From contig JBGQHJ010000144.1 of NCBI GenBank assembly GCA_041497895.1, forward strand, positions 1 through 12,367: 12,367 nt of DNA, read 5' to 3'. This DNA comes from Candidatus Methylomirabilia bacterium. GTDB lineage: Bacteria; Methylomirabilota; Methylomirabilia; Rokubacteriales; CSP1-6. Of the stretch, positions 1-8,406 are shown one piece after another; position 1 is the stretch's first letter, and the number at the start of each line of letters is the position of its first letter. Position numbers and translations under genes: made by a program. The notes beneath the pieces were generated by a model. The model ran no database searches and had not been told where the DNA came from. It saw only the letters and a list, made by a program, of their open reading frames with translations.

Positions 1-1379
1 CCCGCCTGGCAGGCCTCGAGCAGCGCCTTGTTCGACGCGTAGAGGTGCGCGTCGTAGAGGAAGAGCACGGTGGCGTCGGCGCCGGCCGCGGCCCCGCGCG
101 CCCGCTCGATCTCCTCCGCCGTCGGCTCCACCCCTACCACCTCGACCTCCGGCCGCACCCCGTGGGGCGCCATGGCCTCGCGCAGGTAGCGCGACTCGTC
201 CTGCATCGCGGGCTCGATCGTGATCCGGGCGGCGAGGGACGACAGGCGCGGGAAGATCGCGAGCACGCGCCGGTTGAGCGCCGGCTTCCACGTCGCGTCC
301 GGCGCCACCACCACCGTGACCGCGCGGGCCGCCATCGCCCGGGCCAGCGGCTCGCCCTCCCGCTCGGCGTGCGGGTCGCCGCCGGTGAAACGCTCGCTCC
401 GCTTGGCGTCGAGCGCGTCGAGCCGCGCCATGCTCCGCTCGAGCGCGCGCAGCGGCAGGGTCTTGTCGCGGTAGGCCGCGACCACCGCCTCGTAGGCCGC
501 GCGCTGGGCCGGCGCGGTGTGGCAGACCAGCAGCAGGTCATGGCCCGCCGCCGCGGTGCGCACCGCCGCTTCCCCCATCGGGCACAGCGCGGCGATCGCG
601 CCCATCTCGAGATCGTCGGAGACGATCACGCCGCGGTAGCCGACCTGGCCGCGGAGGTAATCCTCCACGATCAGCTTCGAGAAGGTGGCGGGCATGCGCT
701 CGGCCGGGTCGAGGTTCGGGTAGAGCGGGTGCGAGGTCATGATGCAGTCCACCCCCGCCTCCATCGCGGCCATGAACGGCACGAGATGGACCGCGTGCAT
801 GTCGCCCCAGTCGGAGTCGATCACCGGCAGGCCCAGGTGCGCGTCCACCGGGGCGTGCCCCTTGCCGGGGAAGTGCTTGGCGCAGGCCGAGAGCCCGGCG
901 GCCTGCATGCCGCGGATGCGCGCGGCACCGAAGCGGCCGACCAGCGCGGGGTCCTTGCCGTAGGAGCGGATGCCGATGTTCGGGCTGTAGCGCTCGGTGA
1001 GCACGTCGAGGCAGGGCCCGAAGCTGACGTCGACCCCGAGCCGGCGCAGCTCGCGCCCCTCGATCTGGCCCTGGCGGGCGACCATCGCCTCGTCCCCCGC
1101 GGTGCCCGCGGTGAGGTTGTCCGGGAAGATCGTGACGCCCTGGTGCAGCATGATGATGCGGCCGCCCTCGTGATCGGTGGTGATGAGCAGCCGCCGCCCG
1201 AGGCCTTCCTCCAGGCGGCGGATGAAGCGCACGAAGAGCGAAGGCGTCTCGAAGTTGCGCCGGTAGAGCATGAGCCCGCCCGCGTGGATGTCGCGGAGCA
1301 GACGCAGGTCGTCGTCGGTGGCGTCGGGCCCGGGCAGCCCGACGATGAGCTGCCGGCCCACCATCGCTTCGAGGCTCAT
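1..1379 (-). CDS. nagZ: Beta-N-acetylhexosaminidase, GH3 (NagZ-like), runs off the window at its 3' end
   Basis: Absent from the ORF track because the frame has no stop in the window. Manual translation from ATG 1379: MSLEAMVGRQLIVGLPG...LLITTDHEGG...IGIRSYG...ACAKHFPGKGHAPVDAH...IMTSH...GVIVSDDLEMGA. These match GH3/NagZ motifs (DxEGG, KHFPGxGxxxxDxH, SDDL nucleophile). The ATG overlaps the MFS stop (ATGA, 1376-1379). Confidence 0.92.
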   Translation of the reverse strand, partial: MSLEAMVGRQLIVGLPGPDATDDDLRLLRDIHAGGLMLYRRNFETPSLFVRFIRRLEEGLGRRLLITTDHEGGRIIMLHQGVTIFPDNLTAGTAGDEAMVARQGQIEGRELRRLGVDVSFGPCLDVLTERYSPNIGIRSYGKDPALVGRFGAARIRGMQAAGLSACAKHFPGKGHAPVDAHLGLPVIDSDWGDMHAVHLVPFMAAMEAGVDCIMTSHPLYPNLDPAERMPATFSKLIVEDYLRGQVGYRGVIVSDDLEMGAIAALCPMGEAAVRTAAAGHDLLLVCHTAPAQRAAYEAVVAAYRDKTLPLRALERSMARLDALDAKRSERFTGGDPHAEREGEPLARAMAARAVTVVVAPDATWKPALNRRVLAIFPRLSSLAARITIEPAMQDESRYLREAMAPHGVRPEVEVVGVEPTAEEIERARGAAAGADATVLFLYDAHLYASNKALLEACQA

Positions 1380-2533
1380 GCGGTCCTCCTGCGCCGGATG
1401 CGCGCGGTCACGATGCCCACCCCGGTGAGGCCGAGCCCGCAGCCGGCCAGCATCAGGTGCTCGCCGCTCGCGTCCACGAGCGGGCCCATCACGGCGGTGC
1501 CGAGGGCCACGCCCGAGAACAGGCTCGCCGGGAACAGCGAGAAGGCCTTGCCCCGTGCGGCCCGGCTGATCTCGGTGCCGCGCACCTGGAGCGTGGTGTG
1601 CAGGCCCACGAACCCGAGCCCGAGCAGCAGCATGGCCACCGCGAAGACGATCCACGAGTCGAGCAGCCGGCCCCGGGGCGCGATCATCAGGAGGGCCAGG
1701 CCCATGACGAGCCCGCCGCTCCCGGCCAGCCTGGCCTCGGACCACCGCCGCCGCAGGGAGCCCATGAGCGCGCCGCCCACCATGGTGCCGACCCCGAAGA
1801 GCGCGATGAGCAGGCCGACTGTGAACTGGTTCATCCGATACCGGGTGGCCGCGTAGGCGCCCAGGTAGGTCACCGCGCCCCAGAGCAGGAAGCCCTCCGC
1901 GAAGATCGCCAGGTAGACGGTGCGCGCGAACGGGTCGTGCAGGAAATCGACGAAGCGGGCCACCGGCTCGATCTCGGCGGGGTCGCGGACCGGCCGGTCG
2001 GGCGGCAGCCGCCAGAGGAGCGCCGAGGGCAGGAGCCCCACCACCGCGTAGGCGATCAGCATCGCGCGCCACGAGAGGAGATAGGCCACCATGCCGCCGA
2101 TGGCCGCCGAGAAGGCCAGCCCCGCCGAGGTGACGATCGAGAATCGTCCCATCACCGCCTGGCGCCGCGCGTACTCCACGGTGTCGGCGATGTAGACGAG
2201 GGTCAGCGGGATCACCGAGCCCGCGAAGGCCCCGGCGAGCAGGCGCATGACCACGAATTGCCACGTGGTGGTGCAGAGCGCGGAGAGCGCGGTGCACGCG
2301 CTCCACCCGAGCGCGGCCAGGCGCACCACCGGCACCCGGCCGTGGCGGTCGGAGAGCGGCCCGTAGAGGAGCTGGCCTCCCCCGTAGGCGAAGGCGTAGC
2401 TGGTCATGGCGAGCCCGACGCCTCCCGAGGTGGCGCGCAGCGACTCCGCGATGGACGGCAGCACCGGGGCGATGATGCGCAGGTCCACCGAGACCACGAA
2501 GGCCAGCACGAACAGCAGGGCGAGAGCCGTCAT
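1376..2533 (-). CDS. MFS transporter, 385 aa
   Basis: About 12 hydrophobic segments and MFS motif A (GPLSDRHGR). ATGA overlaps with both neighbours. Confidence 0.92.
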   Translation of the reverse strand: MTALALLFVLAFVVSVDLRIIAPVLPSIAESLRATSGGVGLAMTSYAFAYGGGQLLYGPLSDRHGRVPVVRLAALGWSACTALSALCTTTWQFVVMRLLAGAFAGSVIPLTLVYIADTVEYARRQAVMGRFSIVTSAGLAFSAAIGGMVAYLLSWRAMLIAYAVVGLLPSALLWRLPPDRPVRDPAEIEPVARFVDFLHDPFARTVYLAIFAEGFLLWGAVTYLGAYAATRYRMNQFTVGLLIALFGVGTMVGGALMGSLRRRWSEARLAGSGGLVMGLALLMIAPRGRLLDSWIVFAVAMLLLGLGFVGLHTTLQVRGTEISRAARGKAFSLFPASLFSGVALGTAVMGPLVDASGEHLMLAGCGLGLTGVGIVTARIRRRRTA

Positions 2534-3702
2534 CTATATAGAAGGTAGGGCCGCCGGGCCCGGGCGAAGGCGGCCAGGCCAGGACGCCAGGAGGCCTCGA
2601 GGCGGGAGAGTGGCGTGCCCCGCTCGATCGCGAGGCGGATCGCGTCGGTGCCGCAGAGCAGGTCGATCGGGAGCTTCTTCCACTGGAACTCGTAGGGCGG
2701 CCGCTTCCAGCGGAATCCCCGCGGCGCCTGGCGGCGCGCCTCGATGATCAGGGCCAGGTACGCGCCGAAGGACCGGAAGCGGTCCCAGTCGGTCACGTGC
2801 ACCTGCACGCCGCTGCAGGTGCGGCGGGCCCACTTGTGGAACGCGGGCTCGAACGCGGCGGGGCGGAATCGCACCCCGGGGAGCCCGCGGCGCTCGAGCG
2901 CGGCGGCCAGGCGCGGGCCGTCGAGGTAGGGCGCGCCGACCCACTCGAAGGGCCTCGTGGTGCCGCGGCCCTCGGAGAGGTTGGTGCCCTCGAGGAGGCA
3001 GCCGCCCGGGTAGACGCGCGCGGTGTCGGGCGTCGGCATGTTGGGCGAGGGCGCCACCCACGGCAGCTCGGTGTCCTCCCAGAGCATCGAGCGGCGCCAG
3101 CCCGCCATCGGCACCACCGTGAGGTCGCAGCCGATCTCCTGCGTCTCGTTGTGATAGGCGGCCAGCTCGGCGATGGTCATGCCGTGCCGGATCGGCAGCG
3201 GATGGAGGCCCACGAAGGACGGGAAGCACCCGTCGGGCCAGTTGCCCTCGAGCCGCTCGCCCCCCAGCGGGTTCGGGCGGTCCAGCACGATCACCGGCTT
3301 GCCCGCCCGGGCGCAGGCCCGCATGGTCAGCACGGTGGTCCACGCGAAGGTGTAGTAGCGCGCCCCGACATCTTGAAGGTCGACCACCATCACGTCGACG
3401 TCGCGCAGCATCGCGGGCGTCGGCTCGAGGCGCTTGCCGTACAGGCTGTGCACGCGCAGGCGCCGCGCGCGATCGAACTCGGCCCCGATATGGGCGTGGT
3501 CCTGGGCCGCGCCGGCGAGCCCGTGCTCGGGCGCGAAGAGCGCGGTGAGGCGCACCCGCCGGAGGCGGCGGATCGCGTCGGCCGCGTGGGTGAGATCGCG
3601 CGTGACCGACGCCTGGTGGCAGAGGAGGCCCACGCGCCGGCCCGCGAGCATCGAGCCCAGGCGCGAGACGAGGACGTCGAGGCCGGCGCGGACCGCGGTC
3701 AT
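2530..3702 (-). CDS. namZ: Exo-beta-N-acetylmuramidase NamZ family (DUF1343/YbbC), 390 aa
   Basis: C-terminal part of track ORF 2530..4734, from MTAVRAGLDVL. Motifs LFAPEHGL, SLYG, DLQDVGARYYT, VLDRPNPLGG, LPIRHGMTIAELA, WVAPSPNMPT, LEGTNLSEGRGTTRPFE. Start ATG 3702 overlaps the upstream TGA. Confidence 0.93.
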   Translation of the reverse strand: MTAVRAGLDVLVSRLGSMLAGRRVGLLCHQASVTRDLTHAADAIRRLRRVRLTALFAPEHGLAGAAQDHAHIGAEFDRARRLRVHSLYGKRLEPTPAMLRDVDVMVVDLQDVGARYYTFAWTTVLTMRACARAGKPVIVLDRPNPLGGERLEGNWPDGCFPSFVGLHPLPIRHGMTIAELAAYHNETQEIGCDLTVVPMAGWRRSMLWEDTELPWVAPSPNMPTPDTARVYPGGCLLEGTNLSEGRGTTRPFEWVGAPYLDGPRLAAALERRGLPGVRFRPAAFEPAFHKWARRTCSGVQVHVTDWDRFRSFGAYLALIIEARRQAPRGFRWKRPPYEFQWKKLPIDLLCGTDAIRLAIERGTPLSRLEASWRPGLAAFARARRPYLLYR

Positions 3703-4838
3703 CCGCGCGAGGGGAGCTCCACCACGCCGCCGCCCACCACCGACTGCTCGCCGTCCTGGTTGCGCGCCTCCTGCTCGATCTCGACCAGGTGCCGCCCGGC
3801 CTCGACGCGCTTGCCGGTGACGCGCCCCTCGATGATCAGGTAGTCGCCCTCGGGGTTGTGGCGCCGGATCTTGCAGTGCGCGCGCCGCAGGGAGCCGTCG
3901 TCGCCCATCCAGTTGGTGAGGTGGTGGGTGAGCCACGAGCAGCGCTCCGGGCCGTAGTCGTAGGCGCCGGGGGCGCCCACCGCGGTGGCGAACTCGTGCT
4001 CCCAGTGCACGCGCTCCGGGCAGTCCGGGATGCCGAAGCGGTTCTTGATGCCGAGGCCGGAGTGCCGGCTGATCTGCTTCCACGCGAGCTTGTTGGCGCG
4101 GATGTAGAGGCCTCCCCAGCCCTGGGCGTAGGCGATGAAGCCGGTGACGGTCATCGGCCCCTTGGCCAACTTCGGGAGCGCCTCGCCCACCGTCACGTCC
4201 TGCCAGTACCGGGGCGTGGCCCCGCGCACCTCCTCGTTGGCGTAGAGGCGATAGATCGGGGCCAGCTCCTCGTCGGAGTAGCGCCTCGCCGCGCGGGCCT
4301 TGACCTCCTTGTACTTGCTGCCCCGCTCGCGCGCGTGGTCGCGCTCGGTGCGGAAGCACCAGGAATCGGCCTCCGCGATGAGCTCGCCGCGCTGGTTGCG
4401 GAAGGTCACGTGGTAGACCTGCTGCACCGCGCGCCCCGCGAAGCGCGTCTCGTGCTCGATCAGCTCCTTGAGGAACGCCTCGGTCGAGATCTCGTCGTTG
4501 CGCCGCGCCGGCAGGTGCCAGGTCCAGTCCGCGCCCGCCCACATCGCGTGCACGCCCGCGAGCCCCCCCACGTAGCCCGAGATGATGCGGCTCGTCGCGA
4601 AGAGGAACGACGGCGGGGCGATGAGGCCGCCGTACCGGGTGCGGGCCGCGTAGGCCGGGTCGCACCACAGCGGGTTGTCGTCGCCGATGCCGTGGGCGTA
4701 GTGGCGGATGTTGTCGCGGGTGGCCTCGTGGCACCAGGGCTCGAGGGTGTCGGTGATCGGCACCCCGATGCGCTGGCGCAGATCGTCGAGGCCCTGCTGG
4801 GTGATCTTGGGGAACAGCTGCTCGGTCTCGGGCGCCAT
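3699..4838 (-). CDS. Double hot-dog fold MaoC/FAS1-like dehydratase-domain protein, 379 aa
   Basis: Real start MAPETEQLF at 4838 with a GGAGAG RBS upstream. N-domain IRHYAHGIGDDNPLW..DPAYA...YGGLIAPP. Second domain RYWQDVTVGEALP...ERVHWE...LTNWMGDDG...GRVTGK. Confidence 0.85.
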   Translation of the reverse strand: MAPETEQLFPKITQQGLDDLRQRIGVPITDTLEPWCHEATRDNIRHYAHGIGDDNPLWCDPAYAARTRYGGLIAPPSFLFATSRIISGYVGGLAGVHAMWAGADWTWHLPARRNDEISTEAFLKELIEHETRFAGRAVQQVYHVTFRNQRGELIAEADSWCFRTERDHARERGSKYKEVKARAARRYSDEELAPIYRLYANEEVRGATPRYWQDVTVGEALPKLAKGPMTVTGFIAYAQGWGGLYIRANKLAWKQISRHSGLGIKNRFGIPDCPERVHWEHEFATAVGAPGAYDYGPERCSWLTHHLTNWMGDDGSLRRAHCKIRRHNPEGDYLIIEGRVTGKRVEAGRHLVEIEQEARNQDGEQSVVGGGVVELPSRG

Positions 4839-4849
4839 CGATCGCTCTC

Positions 4850-6415
4850 CTAGGTCGTGGGGACGGAGGTGCCGGCCAGGCGCTCGCGCAGCACCTTGCG
4901 GTTCACCTTGCCGGCCGGCGTCTTGGGTAGTTCGGCGACGAACTCGACCTGGCGCGGGTACTCGTGCTGGGCGAGCCGGGTGCGGGTCCACTCCTGCAGC
5001 TCGTGCGCGAAGGCCGGGTCGCCCGGGCGCGGGCTCACGATGAAGGCCTTGACCACGAGCCCGCGCAGCGCGTCGGGCACCCCGATCACCGCGGCCTCGC
5101 GCACGTCCGGATGCTTGAGCAGCGCGCCCTCCACCTCGACCGCGCTGATGGTCCAGCCCGCCGAGATGATGACGTCGTCGGCCCGGCCCCCGTGGAAGAA
5201 GTAGCCGTCGGCGTCGGTCCAGCCGCGGTCCTTGGTGGGGAACCACCCGTCGCGCCGCTTGACCCGGATCTCGCCGGTCTCGTCGGGAGCGCAGCACGTG
5301 CCGTCGGGCCGCTGCACCTCGACCTCCACGCCGGGCACCGGCTTGCCGAGCGAGCCCGGCTTGACCGCGAAGTCGGGCGCGCCCGGGTACGACGCGAGGA
5401 TGACACCGACCTCCGTGGTGCCGTACATGCTGCACACCGGGGTGCCGAAGGTCGCCTCCACGAAGAGGCGGGTGGCCTCGTCGATGGGCTCGCCGGTGAA
5501 CGAGAGCTTGCGGATCGCGTAGCGGTAGCGATCCGCGGTGCCCGCGCCCTTCATCATGCGGTAGTGGGTGGCCGCGGCCGAGAGGTTGGTGATCTCGTGC
5601 TCCGCGAGCGCGCGCAGCAGCCGGTCGGCGTCGAACTTGCCCGCGAAGGAGCCGGTGGCCACGCCGAGGGCGAGCGGGCCGAGGGTGCCGTGCCAGAGGC
5701 CGTGGCCCCACGCGGGCGACGACGGGCAGAAGAAGCGGTCGCCCGGGCGGATGCCGGTGCCGTAGAGCGCGGCGATCATCAGGGTCACGATGCTGCGATG
5801 GGTGTGCCGAACCGCCGCCGGCAGTTCTCGAGTAGTCCCGGAGGTGTACTGGAACACCGCGAGATCATCGGCGCGCGTCTCGGACGCGTAGCGGTCCGGG
5901 TAGTTCGCGAGCTCGGCGAGGAGCGCGTCGTCGGCGACGACGGTGGTGAGCCCGGGCACGTCGCGGGCGATGTCGGCCTGCGCGGGCGACACCAGTAGCA
6001 GGCGCGGCGCGCAGTCGTCGATGCGCAGGCGCAGGCCGTCGGGGCCGAAGAGGGTGAAGAGCGGCACCGCGATGGCCCCGCGCTTCACCGCGCCGAAGAG
6101 CCCCGCGTAGAAGGGGAGCGACGGCTCGAGCATGATGCCGACGCGCTCGCCGGAGCCGACGCCGCGCTCGGCCAGGAAGTGGGCGAAGCGCGAGGACCAG
6201 GCCGCGAGGGCCCCGAAGGTGAGGACCTCGTCGTGTCCCCCGTGCTCGGGCGAGTGGACGATGCGCACCGCGGGCCGCTCGGCGGGGTGGCGGTCGATGC
6301 ACTCGTGGCCGATGTTGAGCCGCTCGCGGTCGCCGTCGAAGAGCTCCCACAGCCGGGCCGGGGAGCAGAGCCGCTGGGCGTCCGCGTAGGAGACGTGGTC
6401 GGTCAGCTTCGTCAT
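4850..6415 (-). CDS. Acyl-CoA synthetase / AMP-binding enzyme, about 521 aa
   Basis: ANL-family motifs YTSGTT, MYGTTE, GSLGKP, GRADDVI, EVEGALLKHP, LPKTPAGK. Probable start MTKLTD at 6415 (alternative 6427). The track's extension to 6637 overlaps the divergent gene. Confidence 0.9.
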   Translation of the reverse strand: MTKLTDHVSYADAQRLCSPARLWELFDGDRERLNIGHECIDRHPAERPAVRIVHSPEHGGHDEVLTFGALAAWSSRFAHFLAERGVGSGERVGIMLEPSLPFYAGLFGAVKRGAIAVPLFTLFGPDGLRLRIDDCAPRLLLVSPAQADIARDVPGLTTVVADDALLAELANYPDRYASETRADDLAVFQYTSGTTRELPAAVRHTHRSIVTLMIAALYGTGIRPGDRFFCPSSPAWGHGLWHGTLGPLALGVATGSFAGKFDADRLLRALAEHEITNLSAAATHYRMMKGAGTADRYRYAIRKLSFTGEPIDEATRLFVEATFGTPVCSMYGTTEVGVILASYPGAPDFAVKPGSLGKPVPGVEVEVQRPDGTCCAPDETGEIRVKRRDGWFPTKDRGWTDADGYFFHGGRADDVIISAGWTISAVEVEGALLKHPDVREAAVIGVPDALRGLVVKAFIVSPRPGDPAFAHELQEWTRTRLAQHEYPRQVEFVAELPKTPAGKVNRKVLRERLAGTSVPTT

Positions 6416-6425
6416 GGCCCAGGCC

Positions 6426-6434
6426 ATACTAGCA
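6426..6434 (-). promoter_or_regulatory. Putative extended -10 promoter (TGcTAGTAT) for the leftward operon
   Basis: The minus strand reads TGCTAGTAT, ending 10 nt before ATG 6415. No good -35 and no clear RBS. Confidence 0.45.
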
Positions 6435-6495
6435 AAGCCGCCTGCGCAAAGAGCGGCAGTAACCACACGTCCCGCCTCCCAACGCCCGCCGACGC

Positions 6496-6504
6496 TGCTA
6501 GACT
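6496..6504 (+). promoter_or_regulatory. Putative extended -10 promoter (TGcTAGACT) for the substrate-binding protein gene
   Basis: TGCTAGACT lies 14 nt before ATG 6519 and stands out in this GC-rich DNA. Confidence 0.45.
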
Positions 6505-6557
6505 CGCGAGCGGACACCATGAGGAGGGACCCCAGGGACCCGCTCCGTACGCCTGAC

Positions 6558-7547
6558 ATGCCCCGACGCGCCTTTGTGGCGGCCCTCGCGGGCGGCCTCC
6601 TGTCCGCGCCGCTTGTCGCCGGGGCGCAGCAGTCCACGAATGTCTTTCGAATCGGTATCCTCGGGACCTATCCGCCCACCACCCCCGAGTTCGCTCATGT
6701 GTGGGAGGCATTCTTCGCGGGGTTACGGGCACGCGGTTACGTAGAGGGTCAGAACCTTGTCGTCGAGCGCCGATTCATGGAGGGAAAGGTCGAACTACTC
6801 CCGCAGTTGGCGGCCGAGCTGGTCCGTCTCAATGTTGGCGTCATCGTGGCCGGAGGGCAGCCCCCACCCGTCGCGGCGAAACGCGCCACGGCGACTATCC
6901 CCATTGTGATGACCAACTTCAGCGATCCAGTCGGGCTGGGGCTCGTGACGAGCCTGTCGCGGCCGGGCGGGAACATCACTGGGCTCGCTTTCCTGACGGT
7001 GGAGCTCGTCGGGAAACAGCTGCAGTTGCTGAAGGAGGCAGTTCCAAGGCTGTCCCGGGTTGGGCTCCTGACCAATCCGAGCAATCCAGGCGCCGCGCTT
7101 CAGCGAAGAGGTGCAGAGACCACAGCCCGATCGCTGGGCTTGCAGCTTCAAGTCCTAGAGGTGCAGCGGCCCGACGAACTTGCCCGGGCATTTGCCGCGA
7201 TGATCAGAGAGCGCGCCGGGGCGGTCCTCCTGCCGGGGGACTCGCTCTTCTTTCATCATGGAACGCAGATCGCAGACCTCGCTCTCAAGAGCCGGCTGCC
7301 AGCCCTGTTCACGCCGAGGGAGTTCGCGGAGGCCGGTGGCCTCTTGGCGTACGGCGCCGACCTTGGCGACGTGTATCGCCGCGCCGCCGTCTACGTTGAC
7401 AAGATTCTCAAAGGCGCTCGTCCTGGCGACCTGCCCATCGAGCAGCCCACGAAGTTCGAGCTGATCATCAACCTCAGGACCGCCAGGACTCTTGGCCTGA
7501 CGATCCCCCCGTCGCTCCTGCGTCGGGCGGATCAGGTGATCGAGTAA
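6558..7547 (+). CDS. ABC transporter substrate-binding protein (ABC_sub_bind type) with Tat-like leader
   Basis: MPRRAFVAALAGGLLSAPLVAGAQ leader. Family motifs RIGIL, GYVEGQNL, ATATIPIV, DPVGLGLVTSLSRPGGNITG, GGLLAYG, YVDKILKGARPGDLPIEQPTKFELIINLRTA, LLRRADQVIE. Start uncertain (6519 or 6558). Confidence 0.9.
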   Translation: MPRRAFVAALAGGLLSAPLVAGAQQSTNVFRIGILGTYPPTTPEFAHVWEAFFAGLRARGYVEGQNLVVERRFMEGKVELLPQLAAELVRLNVGVIVAGGQPPPVAAKRATATIPIVMTNFSDPVGLGLVTSLSRPGGNITGLAFLTVELVGKQLQLLKEAVPRLSRVGLLTNPSNPGAALQRRGAETTARSLGLQLQVLEVQRPDELARAFAAMIRERAGAVLLPGDSLFFHHGTQIADLALKSRLPALFTPREFAEAGGLLAYGADLGDVYRRAAVYVDKILKGARPGDLPIEQPTKFELIINLRTARTLGLTIPPSLLRRADQVIE

Positions 7548-7580
7548 GCAAGCGCCGGTAGCCGCCCCCGAATAGCCGCA

Positions 7581-7609
7581 TTGACTGCCGCGGTCTCACG
7601 GGCTAACGT
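7581..7609 (+). promoter_or_regulatory. Sigma70-type promoter for the SDR-UGSC-murQ operon
   Basis: TTGACT (7581-7586), 17 nt, TAACGT (7604-7609). GGAGG RBS at 7619-7623 before ATG 7633. Confidence 0.65.
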
Positions 7610-7632
7610 TCGGCCCCGGGAGGCCCACCACC

Positions 7633-8391
7633 ATGACTTCGACGCAGAAGGTCGCGATCGTCACCGGAGCGGGGAGCGGCATCGGCAAGGCCAGCGCGCT
7701 GGCCCTCATGAAGGAGGGTTACGCGGTCGTCTTCGCGGGGCGGCGCAAGGAGATGCTGGAGGCCGCCGCCGCGGAAGGCAAGGGCACGCCGGGCAAGTCG
7801 CTGGTGGTGCAGACCGACGTGAGCAACCACGAGTCGATCAAGGCGCTCTTCGCCAAGACCAAGGAGACGTTCGGCCGCCTCGACGTGCTCTTCAACAACG
7901 CGGGCGGCGGCGCGCCGCCGGTGCTGTTCGAGGACCTCACCTACGACCAGTGGCAGAACGTGGTCAACGCCAACCTGACCGGCGTCTTCCTGTGCACGCA
8001 GGAGGCGTTCAAGATCATGAAGGCCCAGACCCCGATGGGCGGGCGCATCATCAACAACGGCTCGATCTCCGCCCACGCCCCGCGGCCGAACTCCGCGCCC
8101 TACACCGCGACCAAGCACGGGGTGACCGGCCTCACCAAGGTGAGCTCGCTCGACGGCCGCAAGTACGACATCGCGGTGGGCCAGATCGACATCGGCAACG
8201 CGGGCACTCCCATGACCGAGCGCATGGCCAAGGGCGTGCCGCAGGCCAACGGCACCACCGCGGTGGAGCCCACCATGAACGTGAAGGCGGTGGCGGACGC
8301 GGTGGTCTACATGTCGAGTCTCCCGCTCGACGCCAACGTGCTCTTCCTCACCGTGATGGCCACCAAGATGCCGTTCGTCGGGCGCGGCTAG
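7633..8391 (+). CDS. Classical short-chain dehydrogenase/reductase, 252 aa
   Basis: [12 protein letters not shown], catalytic Ser in NGSIS and YTATK (YxxxK). Confidence 0.93.
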   Translation: MTSTQKVAIVTGAGSGIGKASALALMKEGYAVVFAGRRKEMLEAAAAEGKGTPGKSLVVQTDVSNHESIKALFAKTKETFGRLDVLFNNAGGGAPPVLFEDLTYDQWQNVVNANLTGVFLCTQEAFKIMKAQTPMGGRIINNGSISAHAPRPNSAPYTATKHGVTGLTKVSSLDGRKYDIAVGQIDIGNAGTPMTERMAKGVPQANGTTAVEPTMNVKAVADAVVYMSSLPLDANVLFLTVMATKMPFVGRG

Positions 8392-8406
8392 CGCGTCCTC
8401 GGCGCG

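Noticed and set aside
45..1856. 603-aa plus-strand ORF and other long antisense ORFs (1457..2548, 2797..3843, 3789..4853, 4964..5998, 7603..9222, 10961..11803)
   Set aside because: Shadow ORFs opposite genes with clear motifs. They are expected in high-GC DNA, are Arg/Gly/Ala/His-rich and show no family motifs.
2531..2545. AT-rich TCTATATAGA palindrome at the namZ/MFS junction as an internal promoter or binding site
   Set aside because: It is short, occurs once and lies too close to the ATG for a -10 element. It may simply keep the start region unstructured.
2530..5711. Apparent long fusion proteins in the track (734 aa at 2530..4734; 670 aa at 3699..5711)
   Set aside because: Their N-terminal parts are off-frame translations of the upstream gene. 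The real starts are 3702 and 4838.
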